A DNA stretch of 64,000 nucleotides from Sporopachydermia quercuum. Taxonomy: Eukaryota. Made by a program: the position numbers and the translations under genes. The notes below the pieces were generated by a model. It had not been told where the DNA came from. It ran no database searches and saw nothing but the letters and a program-made list of their open reading frames with translations. This document shows, one piece after another, positions 1 through 11,374 of the stretch (its first letter is position 1; every line of letters starts with the position of its first letter). The DNA is taken from assembly GCA_001599295.1 (NCBI GenBank), contig BCGN01000011.1, positions 62,001 through 126,000 of the forward strand, written 5' to 3'.

Positions 1-280
1 TACCTCCCAACAGAGCATTGGTTGTAAGAAACCACCATATAATAGGTTGGGAGCTATGGTCTTAAGGACTACTTATTAAAGAGGTTCATATACATGGTTA
101 ATGGTGCCTAATAAGGTTTCTCAATTTACCATATTCTTAATTTGAGTTAATCTTTTTGATGGACTTGGAGATAAATCCCGCTGTGCATTGCATAGACCCA
201 CGATTATGTTCTCTTGCTGCAAATACCCAGTGTTTTTTTAACTGAAAATTTAATCTATTTATTTTATATTCAAACTAGTA

Positions 281-341
281 ATGATTTTTCTTTCATATAA
301 TGATAGGGATTCTCCCTATCATTATATGAAAGAAAAATCAT
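281..341. repeat. Perfect 29-bp inverted repeat with 3-nt spacer
   Basis: 281-309 atgatttttctttcatataatgataggga, loop ttc, 313-341 is its exact reverse complement. Confidence 0.95.
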
Positions 342-1162
342 AGTGTTGTAAGAAAGTTAATACAATTAAGCTTTCTTTAAACGGTTTCTCTAGTAACCTT
401 AACCTTAATCACATCATCATTTCCTATTGAAAACCAGTTTCAGTTGTTAAGATCAACCTTTCAGTTTGTCACATTTCTAACCAATTTGTCATCTTTCAAC
501 AACTCGTGTCATACTCATGAGCTCAACTGTCCTTTTCTATGTTAAACATCTTCCCGCTCTTTTTACCTCCCCTCGTTATATCTTCTGTGTCTGCTTGATT
601 CTATATTTTATGAAGCATTCTTCTGTTAATGATAAATAATAGATAGTAAGAAATTTCTTCTCGTTATTAGAAATAGTAGCTTTAATAATCTCTCCCTAAG
701 AACCCAACTCTTTTCTTGAAAGCTGTTAATCATTGCGAACCTGCTGTAAACTACTTCACAAAGGAGTCACATTCATTTGCATTAATAATCCAAGCATAAT
801 CAGCTATCTGGTACTCAATTTGTACAAATAAACTACAGAAGAAGCTCAACAAAATTAATTGCATTATATAAACGTGTTCTCACATCATATTTGAATGTTC
901 AACACGTATAACAAGCAATAGCAGCATCATTAATCATATTGATCAAAAACACATAGGGGCAAGATCGGAAACATACTCTAAGGCAATACTAGATGTCTCC
1001 AATCAATTAAAGAAAAGACAACATTTGATAGTATCCAGAGTTCTGGCCACAGGCATACACTAACAGTCAGATTAATCCAAAAAACTACAACAAAATAGGT
1101 ATATTTTATAGATATACTTAACTATAGACACATACTGTTGCACTAAACACAAATAGTCACTA

Positions 1163-2875
1163 ATGACATCAGTCCTACCTCCTCAAATGGGAGCACATTC
1201 TTCACCAATAACTGGCCCAGATGATGATGCTTTATTTACAAGGACGCGGCATCAGTCTGTTTCAACACCGTCCACGAGAACTTTTTACTCTACTAACTAT
1301 CAAACAATTGTTGATTCCCGAAGATCTAATAGTATAAGCTCAGGACTACTAGGAGCAGATCGAGCTATCGCAAGTGTAGCCGCTACGATGCCTTCGGCCC
1401 TTAAAACCTTGTCATCATCATTATCTACAGCAAATACAACTGTAATCAATGCAACAAAATCTCCTCGAGCTTCAAGGGCGAATACCACAAGCTCCACTCA
1501 TAGAGTATCGGTGTCAGTATCGGCGAACGATGATAGAGTAAGATTACTCACGTTTAACACCTGGGGACTGAAATACATTTCTCATCAACGTGAAAAACGT
1601 CTGAGGGCTATTGCTGATAAAATTGCAGCAAACTATTATCTATATGATATAATAGCTTTACAAGAAGTTTGGGTGAAAAGCGATTGGGAATATATAATAG
1701 AAAGATGTGGTGAACATTTCCCTTACAATAAGCTATTTTACTCAGGAATTATTTCAGGACCTGGGCTAGCAGTTTTGTCTCGATGGCCTATTGAATCAAG
1801 CTTTCTATATAGATTTCCCATCAACGGAAGACCCTCAGCATTCTTCCGAGGTGATTGGTATGTTGGCAAATCTGTTTCTATATCAGTTATCAATCATCCT
1901 AATCCTAAAGTTCCTCAAATCGCATTAATGAATGCCCATATGCATGCTCCTTATGGTGAAGGTGATGCTTCTTATTCCTGCCATAGATCAGCTCAAGCTT
2001 GGGATTTTGCTCGTATAGCAAAACTTCTAACTGATAGTGGTAAATTCACGTTGATTGTTGGTGATCTTAATTCAACTCCTGGAAGTTTTGCGCATAGATT
2101 ATTTTCTAACGTTGCTAACTTGTCAGATGCATGGTTAGATAAACATGGGGCTTTTGATTATAGTACTGTTGGACAATTGACACCTGAGCTTCAGCTATTG
2201 AAAGCAGGTTGTACTTGTGACTCTCTACTGAATACTTACCGTGCTGACAGGAAAATCTCTGACGCCAAACGTTTGGACTACGTGTTTTATGATGCTAATA
2301 TGGCTAATGTTGAAGACACTAGAGTAGAATTCACTGAGAGGATTCCGGAGGTTGGTTCATATTCAGATCATTTCGCGTTGGTAACAGGGCTGAGGTTCAG
2401 TGAAGCCAAGCTTGCAGCCTTAACGGCGTATAATAACCAATCATACACCTCTATCTCTGCAGGAGCCGTTCATCGACATGTAGGAGGATTGACCAAATAT
2501 CAAGATCCAGAAGTACTGAGAAGCAAAATGATGGAGAATGAGAAGCTCTATAACGATTTAATTGAATTGATAGAAGATTACAAGAAGACGTCAACAAAGC
2601 AAAGGAAATATCGCACATACCATTTTTATGTTTCAGCATTAGCAGTTGGAGGTTTGACAGTTGGAAATTACTTTGCTTCAAAGCATGGTAGAGGTTGGTT
2701 ATCATTTGTTTTTATATTTTTAATCTTATCGGTGGGGCTATCAGGTACTGTTGATTTGATGATTGGTCAGTTATTTGGTCGCAGCGAATGGAGAAATTTA
2801 CTGGAGTTTGAGTCTGAAATCGAAGTAGCTCAGAAGGCTTTGGAGAGACGACGTCATGAAATGAAATTACAATGA
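1163..2875 (+). CDS. ISC1: Inositol phosphosphingolipid phospholipase C (neutral sphingomyelinase family)
   Basis: 570-aa ORF with LLTFNTWGLK, ALQEVW, FPINGRPSAFFRGDWYVGKS, HMHAPY, GDLNS, RLDYVF and SDHF motifs, plus two C-terminal hydrophobic segments. Confidence 0.92.
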   Translation: MTSVLPPQMGAHSSPITGPDDDALFTRTRHQSVSTPSTRTFYSTNYQTIVDSRRSNSISSGLLGADRAIASVAATMPSALKTLSSSLSTANTTVINATKSPRASRANTTSSTHRVSVSVSANDDRVRLLTFNTWGLKYISHQREKRLRAIADKIAANYYLYDIIALQEVWVKSDWEYIIERCGEHFPYNKLFYSGIISGPGLAVLSRWPIESSFLYRFPINGRPSAFFRGDWYVGKSVSISVINHPNPKVPQIALMNAHMHAPYGEGDASYSCHRSAQAWDFARIAKLLTDSGKFTLIVGDLNSTPGSFAHRLFSNVANLSDAWLDKHGAFDYSTVGQLTPELQLLKAGCTCDSLLNTYRADRKISDAKRLDYVFYDANMANVEDTRVEFTERIPEVGSYSDHFALVTGLRFSEAKLAALTAYNNQSYTSISAGAVHRHVGGLTKYQDPEVLRSKMMENEKLYNDLIELIEDYKKTSTKQRKYRTYHFYVSALAVGGLTVGNYFASKHGRGWLSFVFIFLILSVGLSGTVDLMIGQLFGRSEWRNLLEFESEIEVAQKALERRRHEMKLQ

Positions 2876-4207
2876 AGAGTTTATTCGAAATACTTTGAGT
2901 ATCATGTTCAATATCGTAATACCTAATTGTTTTACCTAATGCCATAGTACCATCATCATAATCTTATTTATTATTCGTTAATGCTTTTTCTTTTTCTTTT
3001 TCTATTTTTATTTTTATTTGCAATTATAATATTTAATACCTGCTTTGTTAGCTTAGTTCTTCTTAGTTCTTTATCTTTTAGTGCTTTTAATGATTTCTGT
3101 TCTCTTTAATTAGCTTAATACAATTTACGGTTATTTTATGGTATAATAGCGCGAGGCTGATGGTCTGATGAGCATATCCGTTAGCGGATACAACTAGAAG
3201 AACTTTTCTTGAGATCATTGTTGATGGGTTACATCGGGAATAATGGAGACAGACATACTTTAGAGACCATTTCAAAACTATCATATCAACTGTTCACACA
3301 ATCCTAAACGAAGACCCCATCCACGCAAGACTCAAAGGCGAAAAAGTAACAATTTATACTTACTTCACTCACAAAAGTATCAACAAAAGAAAGATATCTT
3401 TCCAAATGATATGGAAGAGCCTAACAGCAGGGCTTCCTCGTAAAGCTAGTTGGCATAATTGCACAATTTATGCAGGTTATAAAAAAGTGGGAGGTTACAA
3501 TTGCTGAAATACACTATGGTTTGAATTACTAATTGGAGTTAACAGCTATTAACCATATGTTAAATAGATGAGATATCATATGAAAGAAAATGACCTAACA
3601 AATAAGGTTGAGCAAGTTACAATTTAGAATGCGTATTAGTCTTGTAGGACAACAGTGTAGACAGACAATGCTTGTACTGTTTATCCAATTTGAAATTCGA
3701 GTGCAATTATGAAAACAATAAACAATCAGCAAGTTAAACCACTATGTGTTAGTATTCTTATTTCTCATTGTTTCGTCACAGTAGTAATACAAACATTAGG
3801 ATTTCTCGGATCATTACATAAGATCAACTGAAACCATACCCTTCTGCAAAAATGGTGCATGTTCCTGCAGCCACCTGTAGCTATTGTTTATGATTTCACT
3901 TTCTGTCAAAGCTATTTCCTGAAACTTACCTAAAACCCTAAAATCATAATCCGAACTGGGGAATAATTCAATTGTTACTATGATTGTGTTTCCTTTCTGG
4001 TTTTCTCATACAAACACGAAAATCAACTCATCACTACTTGCCAGTTAAAGAATGATAGATAAACAGGTTTCTTATTATTGAAACATTCATTCAACTACAA
4101 GAAGTTGAGAAGCTTTTCCTACTTGCTTATAAGAATAGATTAGGTGCTACTGACATTAAAATTTGCGAAACTAAGAGTAATCAACAATCTCCAAACGCTT
4201 GTATACA

Positions 4208-5716
4208 ATGAGTACGAGAAATGATAAAGAAGAGCCAGGGGAAATGGGAGATGAAACCATTGCATTATTGGACTTAGCCTGGGACCAATTAGATACATCA
4301 CATATGGGAAATGTGCATTGTAAAGACTTTTTCCTTCTTATGGATACATTAGAGGATACATTGGGATTACAAAGGTTTGGTTTGGTTTCAAAGCAATTAC
4401 GGGACGATCCTTTTATTACAAATTTGATGAAAGAACATGCAGATTTGCCGTTGACCAAGAACGACGTTAATGTTCTGTATACTAAACTTACGTCTGAAAC
4501 TCTTTCACAAGCATTGGAACCTGTTAAAGACTCTAGATACTCCAGGCTAATAAATTTAGATCTAGAGGTGCTGGAAGGAGAAGGTCAAGGGCAAGGACAA
4601 GATAGAATGAGCATCGGAGCCGATCTGAATAACCCTGCAACTAATGGGACTAAAAGTATGGAAAAATCGTCAGATTTACCTTACAAGAATTCTGTAGGAC
4701 TTGCATCATCAACACCATTACCAAATGCTAATATACTTCTAGATAATGACTCACCTTCGTCGGATAGAGTAATACGAATGGAACAAAGAATGGCTCAAAA
4801 AGAGTTGAAACAGAAAGAAGAAGAAATCGAATACCAAAATGAATTACTGAACAAATTGCAACAAGAAAGAATGCATGATAGTAAGAGACTGACCAAGAGT
4901 GAAATTGAAATCCGTGAATTGAGAGCTATTCAAGAAGAAAATGCTAACTACATACAACAACTAGAAAAACACATACAAGAAACAGATGATCGTGACGCGA
5001 CACTATGGAATCGACAGAGGCTTGAAGAAATGAGAGATCGAAAGGAAGTTGATGATAATGAATTAGAGTTAGTCAAGAAGGATTTTTCATCTTTGTTAGA
5101 AAAACATATAAAACTTCAGAATGAACAGGAGAAGCTTGAGAAACAAATAGCTCAACTGAAAAATGAACATGAGCAGTTAAGCAAGGTTTATTTATCGGTG
5201 GTTAAGAACGAGGAACTGGACAAGTTAAATACTGTAGTTGACGATCAGAATAAAATCATCAGCAAGCTACAGGCTTTAATTGAGAGAAGGAATAGAAAAC
5301 GAAGTAATGCTGGTGAATTTCTTAGTACCAGTGATAATAGTATTAAATCCTCGTTATCGCAACCACTAGATCTTGACTTGGGGTTGTTTAAAATCACAGG
5401 CTTATTGAATATATTGGTGATATGTCTTCTTTGTGTATTTCTAGCATTTTCTCTTTACTATGACTTTTCAACTATAGTATTCCAGCAATCATCTATTCGG
5501 CCATCATTAAACGCTTTGTCTCAACGTGCCTTAAAGAGATCTAAGCTTATTAATCTATCCACGCCATTATTTCAATCTAACAGGCTGGCTACATTTCCTG
5601 GGCCTAACTCAATCGTTAGTTCTATCAATAATTGGTTTAAGGACCAAGCGTATAAATCACTAACTGACCAAGGAATTCAGTTACCAGAAGCAGCTGTGAG
5701 ACTGTCGTCGTTATGA
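4208..5716 (+). CDS. MPS2: Mps2-like spindle pole body / nuclear envelope coiled-coil membrane protein
   Basis: First ATG at 4208. N-terminal LAWDQLD...KDF..L..LE resembles the recalled Mps2 YAWGQID...KDLPKLIE. Long coiled coil, one TM segment, then WFKDQ (Mps2 WFFEDQ). Confidence 0.6.
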   Translation: MSTRNDKEEPGEMGDETIALLDLAWDQLDTSHMGNVHCKDFFLLMDTLEDTLGLQRFGLVSKQLRDDPFITNLMKEHADLPLTKNDVNVLYTKLTSETLSQALEPVKDSRYSRLINLDLEVLEGEGQGQGQDRMSIGADLNNPATNGTKSMEKSSDLPYKNSVGLASSTPLPNANILLDNDSPSSDRVIRMEQRMAQKELKQKEEEIEYQNELLNKLQQERMHDSKRLTKSEIEIRELRAIQEENANYIQQLEKHIQETDDRDATLWNRQRLEEMRDRKEVDDNELELVKKDFSSLLEKHIKLQNEQEKLEKQIAQLKNEHEQLSKVYLSVVKNEELDKLNTVVDDQNKIISKLQALIERRNRKRSNAGEFLSTSDNSIKSSLSQPLDLDLGLFKITGLLNILVICLLCVFLAFSLYYDFSTIVFQQSSIRPSLNALSQRALKRSKLINLSTPLFQSNRLATFPGPNSIVSSINNWFKDQAYKSLTDQGIQLPEAAVRLSSL

Positions 5717-5938
5717 ATTCATAAAATAATTAGTTCAGAATGCGTCACATAATATACTCTGGTTCATGAGTTTATATGCACTTATTTTGCTAATGCTAAA
5801 GCAATCATAAATGATGGACAGACACATCTGATTTACCAGACCTTTCATCGTTTTCTTATCATCTGTTATTTCGATTTTATAGTGAATCTAGAATTCAAGA
5901 CGCAGAAGCGTACATATTCAATTAAGCACATATACATC

Positions 5939-5960
5939 ATATATATATATATATATATAT
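5939..5960. repeat. (AT)11 microsatellite
   Basis: Read directly, between convergent genes. Confidence 0.9.
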
Positions 5961-5998
5961 TTATATACAAGAACCATTTCATGGCTAACACGACATCT

Positions 5999-6982
5999 TT
6001 ATTTTGCAAATAGTCCACCAGGTGTCAATACAGACACTCCAACTAGCTCAGCAAGTCTATAATCTTGTAATAGCTTCTTCCCATATGGATTGATAAATAT
6101 CGATACTAATTTGCCACCTTCATAGCTTTCTATATCGTAAGGGGTGTCATAATTTACTAATTTTGGTTTGCTGACTCTACAGACTATTAATGCAAGTTCT
6201 GTGGAGTTCATTTGTTGTATTGCTTGCTTGGTAAGTGGAGTAGGTACCACTAGAAATAAAGCAGTGTAAGCTTTCTCTAGCGACCCTTTTGAGTTGAATT
6301 CTCCGATTCCTGCCAATTCTCGTACCACTCGAGCATCTACTTTTTTCTCAATACATTTGCACTGAATCAGTGCTGGTATTTGGCTCAAGTAGCTGGGTAT
6401 ATTTGCCTGATCGTACTCATTATAATCCTGAGTAGTATTGAGAAGGTAACTACTACAATTACTACCACTTTCAAGCCCAGCTTCTACTAATTTATCTTTT
6501 AATGCTTCCAAGTTTATAGAAGTTCTCAGATCAACACCGTTGTCAAAGGCTCCCCCACAATGTGTAATATCGTCCAGAGGAAGATGCTTGGATAGCTCTT
6601 GCTGCGTAAGATATTCATATAGAGTGCCCAAAAAGACGTTACTTGAAGTAGATTTCTGACGTGCTTTCATGTATTCTAAGTACGATATAGCATTTTGATA
6701 GGATTTAGCTGTTGATGTGAATTTTCTTTTCTTTTCTATGATGTATGAAACGGCTGATGGGTTCTCCTTTCTTGCCCTGGTGATTTCATATCTTTTGGTC
6801 ACTGGAGATCCCGACAGCTTCCCATATTTTGATGTTAGAATCGGGCTTTCAAGTTTTGATTTTGTCGTTATAAATCTCGAATTTGAGCTTTTCAGTGCAT
6901 ATCTGAAACCTGCAGTGAATCGTGTAATAGAGATACTGTTGTAAAGAAAGCTGCTTTTATACGATGAAGCAATCACCATCAT
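5999..6982 (-). CDS. RRG7: Rrg7-like mitochondrial protein (restriction-endonuclease-like fold)
   Basis: First ATG at 6982 (track starts at TTG). Basic/Ser-rich presequence-like N-terminus; GTLYEY, GGAFDNGVDL, IQCK and VVRELAG motifs. Confidence 0.75.
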   Translation of the reverse strand: MMVIASSYKSSFLYNSISITRFTAGFRYALKSSNSRFITTKSKLESPILTSKYGKLSGSPVTKRYEITRARKENPSAVSYIIEKKRKFTSTAKSYQNAISYLEYMKARQKSTSSNVFLGTLYEYLTQQELSKHLPLDDITHCGGAFDNGVDLRTSINLEALKDKLVEAGLESGSNCSSYLLNTTQDYNEYDQANIPSYLSQIPALIQCKCIEKKVDARVVRELAGIGEFNSKGSLEKAYTALFLVVPTPLTKQAIQQMNSTELALIVCRVSKPKLVNYDTPYDIESYEGGKLVSIFINPYGKKLLQDYRLAELVGVSVLTPGGLFAK

Positions 6983-7805
6983 GGACTTATACAATATGAG
7001 ATGATGACAGAACCACTATGATATGTGTCTTATAGCTATATCAACCGCTGCTGAGAACAGTACTACAAAGGAAAAGAATACATCTTGATATTTTTTTCGT
7101 ATGGCCTTAAATATAACTAGAAGTTATCAAAGGATACATCAAAATAAATGGATGACTGATTGATTGATAAGTATCCCGTCAAGATGAATAGAAATAGGAT
7201 AAATCATGCATGAGTATGCGAGACAAAGACAAATGTGTGGGCTCTTGATGCAAGCAGATTTATTATGCAGAAAGTTAATTCCATTACGGTAGACATTATT
7301 ATTAGAATATGGTAGTTATCGAGATGTGAGATTATAAGCTAGATCTATTACTTGTTATTTGCATAATTAATGTGAAAAGAAAATAATGCAGTGAGTAAGT
7401 CTATAGTTCCCAGTTATCATCGATAATAAAATGGTAATCATTGATATTCAGTGGTACTCAAATACCACCTTTGAAGTGCTTATAAAAATTTACTATACAG
7501 CTTTATGCATGATCTTGCATAAAGCTGCATAGCTGACATAACTCTTCATTGATGATTAACTTCCTTCACACTATCACTTTTCCTCTTTCTATTTAGTCAA
7601 TCAAACAATTAGTCAACATATCATAAATGAATTACTTTGGTTATTCGTACCTTCAAACACAATTACTCTTTTATTATTTTACTCTAAATTACCTGTGAAA
7701 ATCTATATATACTATCATTGATTAAGTTATTGAAACAGCAGGAAAGACACCTTCTGTGCTAGATGTCCACTTTGCACCCTACAGTTATCACATACTATTC
7801 ATATT

Positions 7806-8289
7806 ATGAGCAATTCAGTTACTCCACCGCTAGTAAAGGAAGCACCAGCTACTGCAAATAAAGGTATTACCGATAACAATCCAACCAGCACTTCTGTGAA
7901 GGAAATAATCAAAGATATTGAACATGTTCTAGATGGTTTTGTATGTATTTATACCTTCATTTTACGTCCGTTCTCGGAATAACTGAGGTTTTAAAGAGAA
8001 TGGCTATTTACTTCATTGACCAAGTGTTCATTTAATGAATAGTTATTAACAATTCAAACAATTCATGAATCAATAGAAAACGGATGTTATGAAAATGACG
8101 GATGAAATGAATGATAAAGGTAAGTCAAGCTATGGAAATCTGAACTGTAGACAGTTTGCTACATTGGCCATATATGATACTTTGATAGTTGCTGTATGGG
8201 AATTACTACGCTTTTGATTAACCATAAAACTAGTTAGCCAATTTGACAAGCGATTAGAAAAATTCGAGGCTAAATTAAATGAGAAATAG
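7806..8289 (+). CDS. Heat shock factor binding protein 1-like small coiled-coil protein, 77 aa, 3 exons (7806-7940, 8077-8119, 8234-8289)
   Basis: Donors GTATGT and GTAAGT, branch motifs TATTAAC and GATTAAC, TAG acceptors. Spliced frame ends IIKDIEHVLDGFKTDVMKMTDEMNDKVSQFDKRLEKFEAKLNEK, an HSBP1-like heptad pattern. Confidence 0.7.
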
Positions 8290-8481
8290 TAGTTTTTTCT
8301 TTGGTTAATTGGTTGGGTTTTAATATGAAAATTGTGCTTCCGGCGGAAGCGAATGTTTGGTATTAATGACGATCTTGGTGTTGATATAGTGAAGTGATGC
8401 GTCATTTTTGATGGAGATGGACCATGTATTTCTTACAATTATATGAGCCTCTGAATCCAATAACAGAAAGTTACTGATTAT

Positions 8482-8501
8482 CACACACACACACACACAC
8501 A
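8482..8501. repeat. (CA)10 microsatellite
   Basis: Read directly. Confidence 0.9.
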
Positions 8502-9548
8502 GACCTTGATGACATAATACATTATTAAAAAACCTAAGAAAAGCTGAGCTCCGTATGGTCGCAATGGTTCAAGCCAATATCTATTTTTTCAGGTTGCTGT
8601 TAAATTGAGAGGCACTCAAATAAAGAAACTCCCAAATTCAGATAATCATGAAAACGATAGACTCGTGGCATCATTGCATCAAATGAATCCGCTATTATGA
8701 TGTTTACATTAGATATTACGACCAGTATGACGAGGATCAGCGGATTATAATAATCAACCATAAAACCATCTATTGATATGTTTAGCTTTATAATTATACA
8801 ATATATACTCTATTGGTCGATTCCAATACTGCCTTTCATCAATGCATCAATTGTCACAGTTTGAGGTACAGTACTACATTGTCCAACAGAATCAAAAGGT
8901 AACATCAAAGTAAATTTTAATTCATTTCAGAGATGGCAGAAGTTATAAAACTTCCTATCTTTGGTGATATACTTTTTAAGCCATTTCTCATTTATCTCAT
9001 ACGCCCAGTTTTTTCAGATACCGGAATTTTTATGAAAGCTCTTTTCTTTTCATAACGTTTTATTTGCTTGAATTTCTATGTGTTTTCTACACTGAGTTTC
9101 AGCCTTACTACAAATGATACTCAAATTGCAGTTGTAGTTTTTGAATTACCTCCATTACTTTTTGTAGAATGATTAATAGCTTCTGAAAAGTCAGTTGTCG
9201 GTCCCATAACAATCCCATCTACTTACTTAGTTCTAATCATTTCCGTTTTAGAACCACACTGTTTCCTAAATACTCGCTTTGTATAGGAAATTATATAGAT
9301 GATAAGCCTTTTAGTTATTCCATAACCATTAATAACCAATTTATTATATATCACATAATCATAAATGCATATATTTATCACATTCAATTTTCACCTTTTT
9401 CTCCCAAACTCTCATCTCTTTGCTCCTCGCGGTTTTCTCTGCTCAGATAAGAGTCCTGAATAAAGCCGCTGAACAGAGAAACCTCAGAATACTCTGAGCA
9501 TTAGTACTCAATTCCAACAGAAGCTTACGTAATTTTCTTCATACAGAA

Positions 9549-11156
9549 ATGACGACTGTGGGCAAAGTGAAAAAGAAGTCAAAGAACCAATTACGCCGAG
9601 AGAAGGCGAAATTGAAGAAACAGCTACAAACGGAACAATTTGATGCCGAGAATACTCAAAATGGTAATGAAACAACCGAGACGCAAAATCTAATCTTGGA
9701 TAAACAACCTACTCCGGAACCGAGATCCGAAAATGCTATAGTAAATTCATTAGTAGCTGATTTGGATTCCGAACAACGGAATCTACGGTCGGTAGAATAC
9801 GACCGGGATCGGATAAAACAGGAGCTAAAATCAGGAAGCCTATTCAAATCAGATGTTGATATTACTATGGATGATCCGAATTTTCGGCAGTTCAAACAAG
9901 TAATGTCTCGATTTTATACNGAAACAGACACAAGTACAACCGATATATCAAACGGTAAAGGCGACATTCTGTACTCGGAATCTGATTCTGACGGTGATTC
10001 TGGTTCGGATTCGGATTCTGGTGCCGACAAACATCCGCATTCCGGTGCAGATGGTATCTCCGACTCAAAATCTAGGAAGTTATCCAAACGGCAGTTTCGG
10101 AAGCTAAATAAACCTTCTTTAGCTTACTTGAAGTCTATCGCTAAGTATCCCGAGCTGGTTGAATGGTATGACCGAGATGCACCTGATCCAATAACCTTAG
10201 TAACTCTAAAATGCACCCGAAATGCCGTCCCTGTCCCCGCACATTGGTCCCTGAAACGGGAATATCTGTCCTCAAGACGAGGAATAGAGAAACCACCCTT
10301 TGAACTGCCCGATTTTATTATTGCTACTGGCATAAGTGAAATGCGGGACACTTCCGAAGAATCAGCAACTTTAAAGCAACAATCGCGAGACCGTGTCCAA
10401 CCCAAAATGGGCCAATTAGATTTAGATTTTGCCAAATTACATGCTGCCTTTTTTAAGTTTCAAACGAAGCCGAAACTTTATCGCTTCGGTGATCAATACT
10501 ACGAAAATAAAGAAAACGAAAAGGATTTCTCAGATCTTCGACCGGGGGTGCTATCTGAAGAACTGAAATCGGCTTTAAATATCCCGCCAGGTGCCCCACC
10601 TCCTTGGTTAGTTAATATGCAACGGTATGGACCTCCGCCTTCTTATCCGGATTTAAAGATCCCCGGACTAAATGCTCCGATACCTCCTGGAGCTAAATGG
10701 GGTTTCCAACCCGGAGGTTACGGAAGGCCACCATTAGACGAAAACAACGTTCCGTTATATGGGGATGTTTTCGGAACAGGAGAGGGATCGGAAGAGGAAG
10801 CGGAAACTGCAATGGAAGGAATTTATGGGAATCCCGTGGTGAAAGAGCTGTGGGGAGAAGATATTGAGGAGGATGAAAGCGCGGATGAAGAGGATGAAAG
10901 CGGAGGAGATGAGAGGGAAGAAGAAGAAGAAGAAGAAGAAGAAGAGGGAGAAGATATAGCTAGTAGAAGCAATAATGAAGTCAAACCGGAAGCAATAGAG
11001 GAGATTATAGTTAACGATATAAGCGAAAGCAGAAACAATAATAGTGGAAAGAAGCCGACAGAACAGAAACAATTATTTACAGTTTTAGAGGAAAAGACAG
11101 CAGAACACAAAGATGGATTTTTAGCTCCGACGTTCGGATACGAAATACCTAAATAG
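9549..11156 (+). CDS. CUS1: U2 snRNP SF3b subunit Cus1/SF3B2
   Basis: PELVEWYD, RNAVPVPAHWSLKREYLS, RDRVQPKMGQLD, PSP-domain PPPWLVNMQRYGPPPSYPDLKIPGLNAPIP; acidic tract encoded by a (GAA)9 run at 10917-10943. Confidence 0.95.
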   Translation: MTTVGKVKKKSKNQLRREKAKLKKQLQTEQFDAENTQNGNETTETQNLILDKQPTPEPRSENAIVNSLVADLDSEQRNLRSVEYDRDRIKQELKSGSLFKSDVDITMDDPNFRQFKQVMSRFYXETDTSTTDISNGKGDILYSESDSDGDSGSDSDSGADKHPHSGADGISDSKSRKLSKRQFRKLNKPSLAYLKSIAKYPELVEWYDRDAPDPITLVTLKCTRNAVPVPAHWSLKREYLSSRRGIEKPPFELPDFIIATGISEMRDTSEESATLKQQSRDRVQPKMGQLDLDFAKLHAAFFKFQTKPKLYRFGDQYYENKENEKDFSDLRPGVLSEELKSALNIPPGAPPPWLVNMQRYGPPPSYPDLKIPGLNAPIPPGAKWGFQPGGYGRPPLDENNVPLYGDVFGTGEGSEEEAETAMEGIYGNPVVKELWGEDIEEDESADEEDESGGDEREEEEEEEEEEGEDIASRSNNEVKPEAIEEIIVNDISESRNNNSGKKPTEQKQLFTVLEEKTAEHKDGFLAPTFGYEIPK

Positions 11157-11374
11157 GATAAAATGCCAAATAGAAGAGTTAAAACTCTTTATTGTTTCGG
11201 ATATTCAATCTGATATTCAGGCTTTTCATAACTAACAATTACTATAATAATAATCATTCACATAATATAATGCACTGTACATTTACCATCATTTCTGATA
11301 CTATACAGTTTAAAAATAGAAATAANAAAAAGGAAACGATAGCGGAACGACACCATTTCCAAATTTGTCATAAA

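Noticed and set aside
1..60. U1 snRNA 5' end (TACCT plus a ctcccaac/gttgggag stem at 4-11 and 46-53)
   Set aside because: No U1-70K loop sequence or convincing Sm site; an 8-bp stem can be chance
3165..3200. Hammerhead-like CTGATGA followed by a tatccg-ttag-cggata hairpin
   Set aside because: The required GAAA does not follow the stem, and stems I and III are not evident
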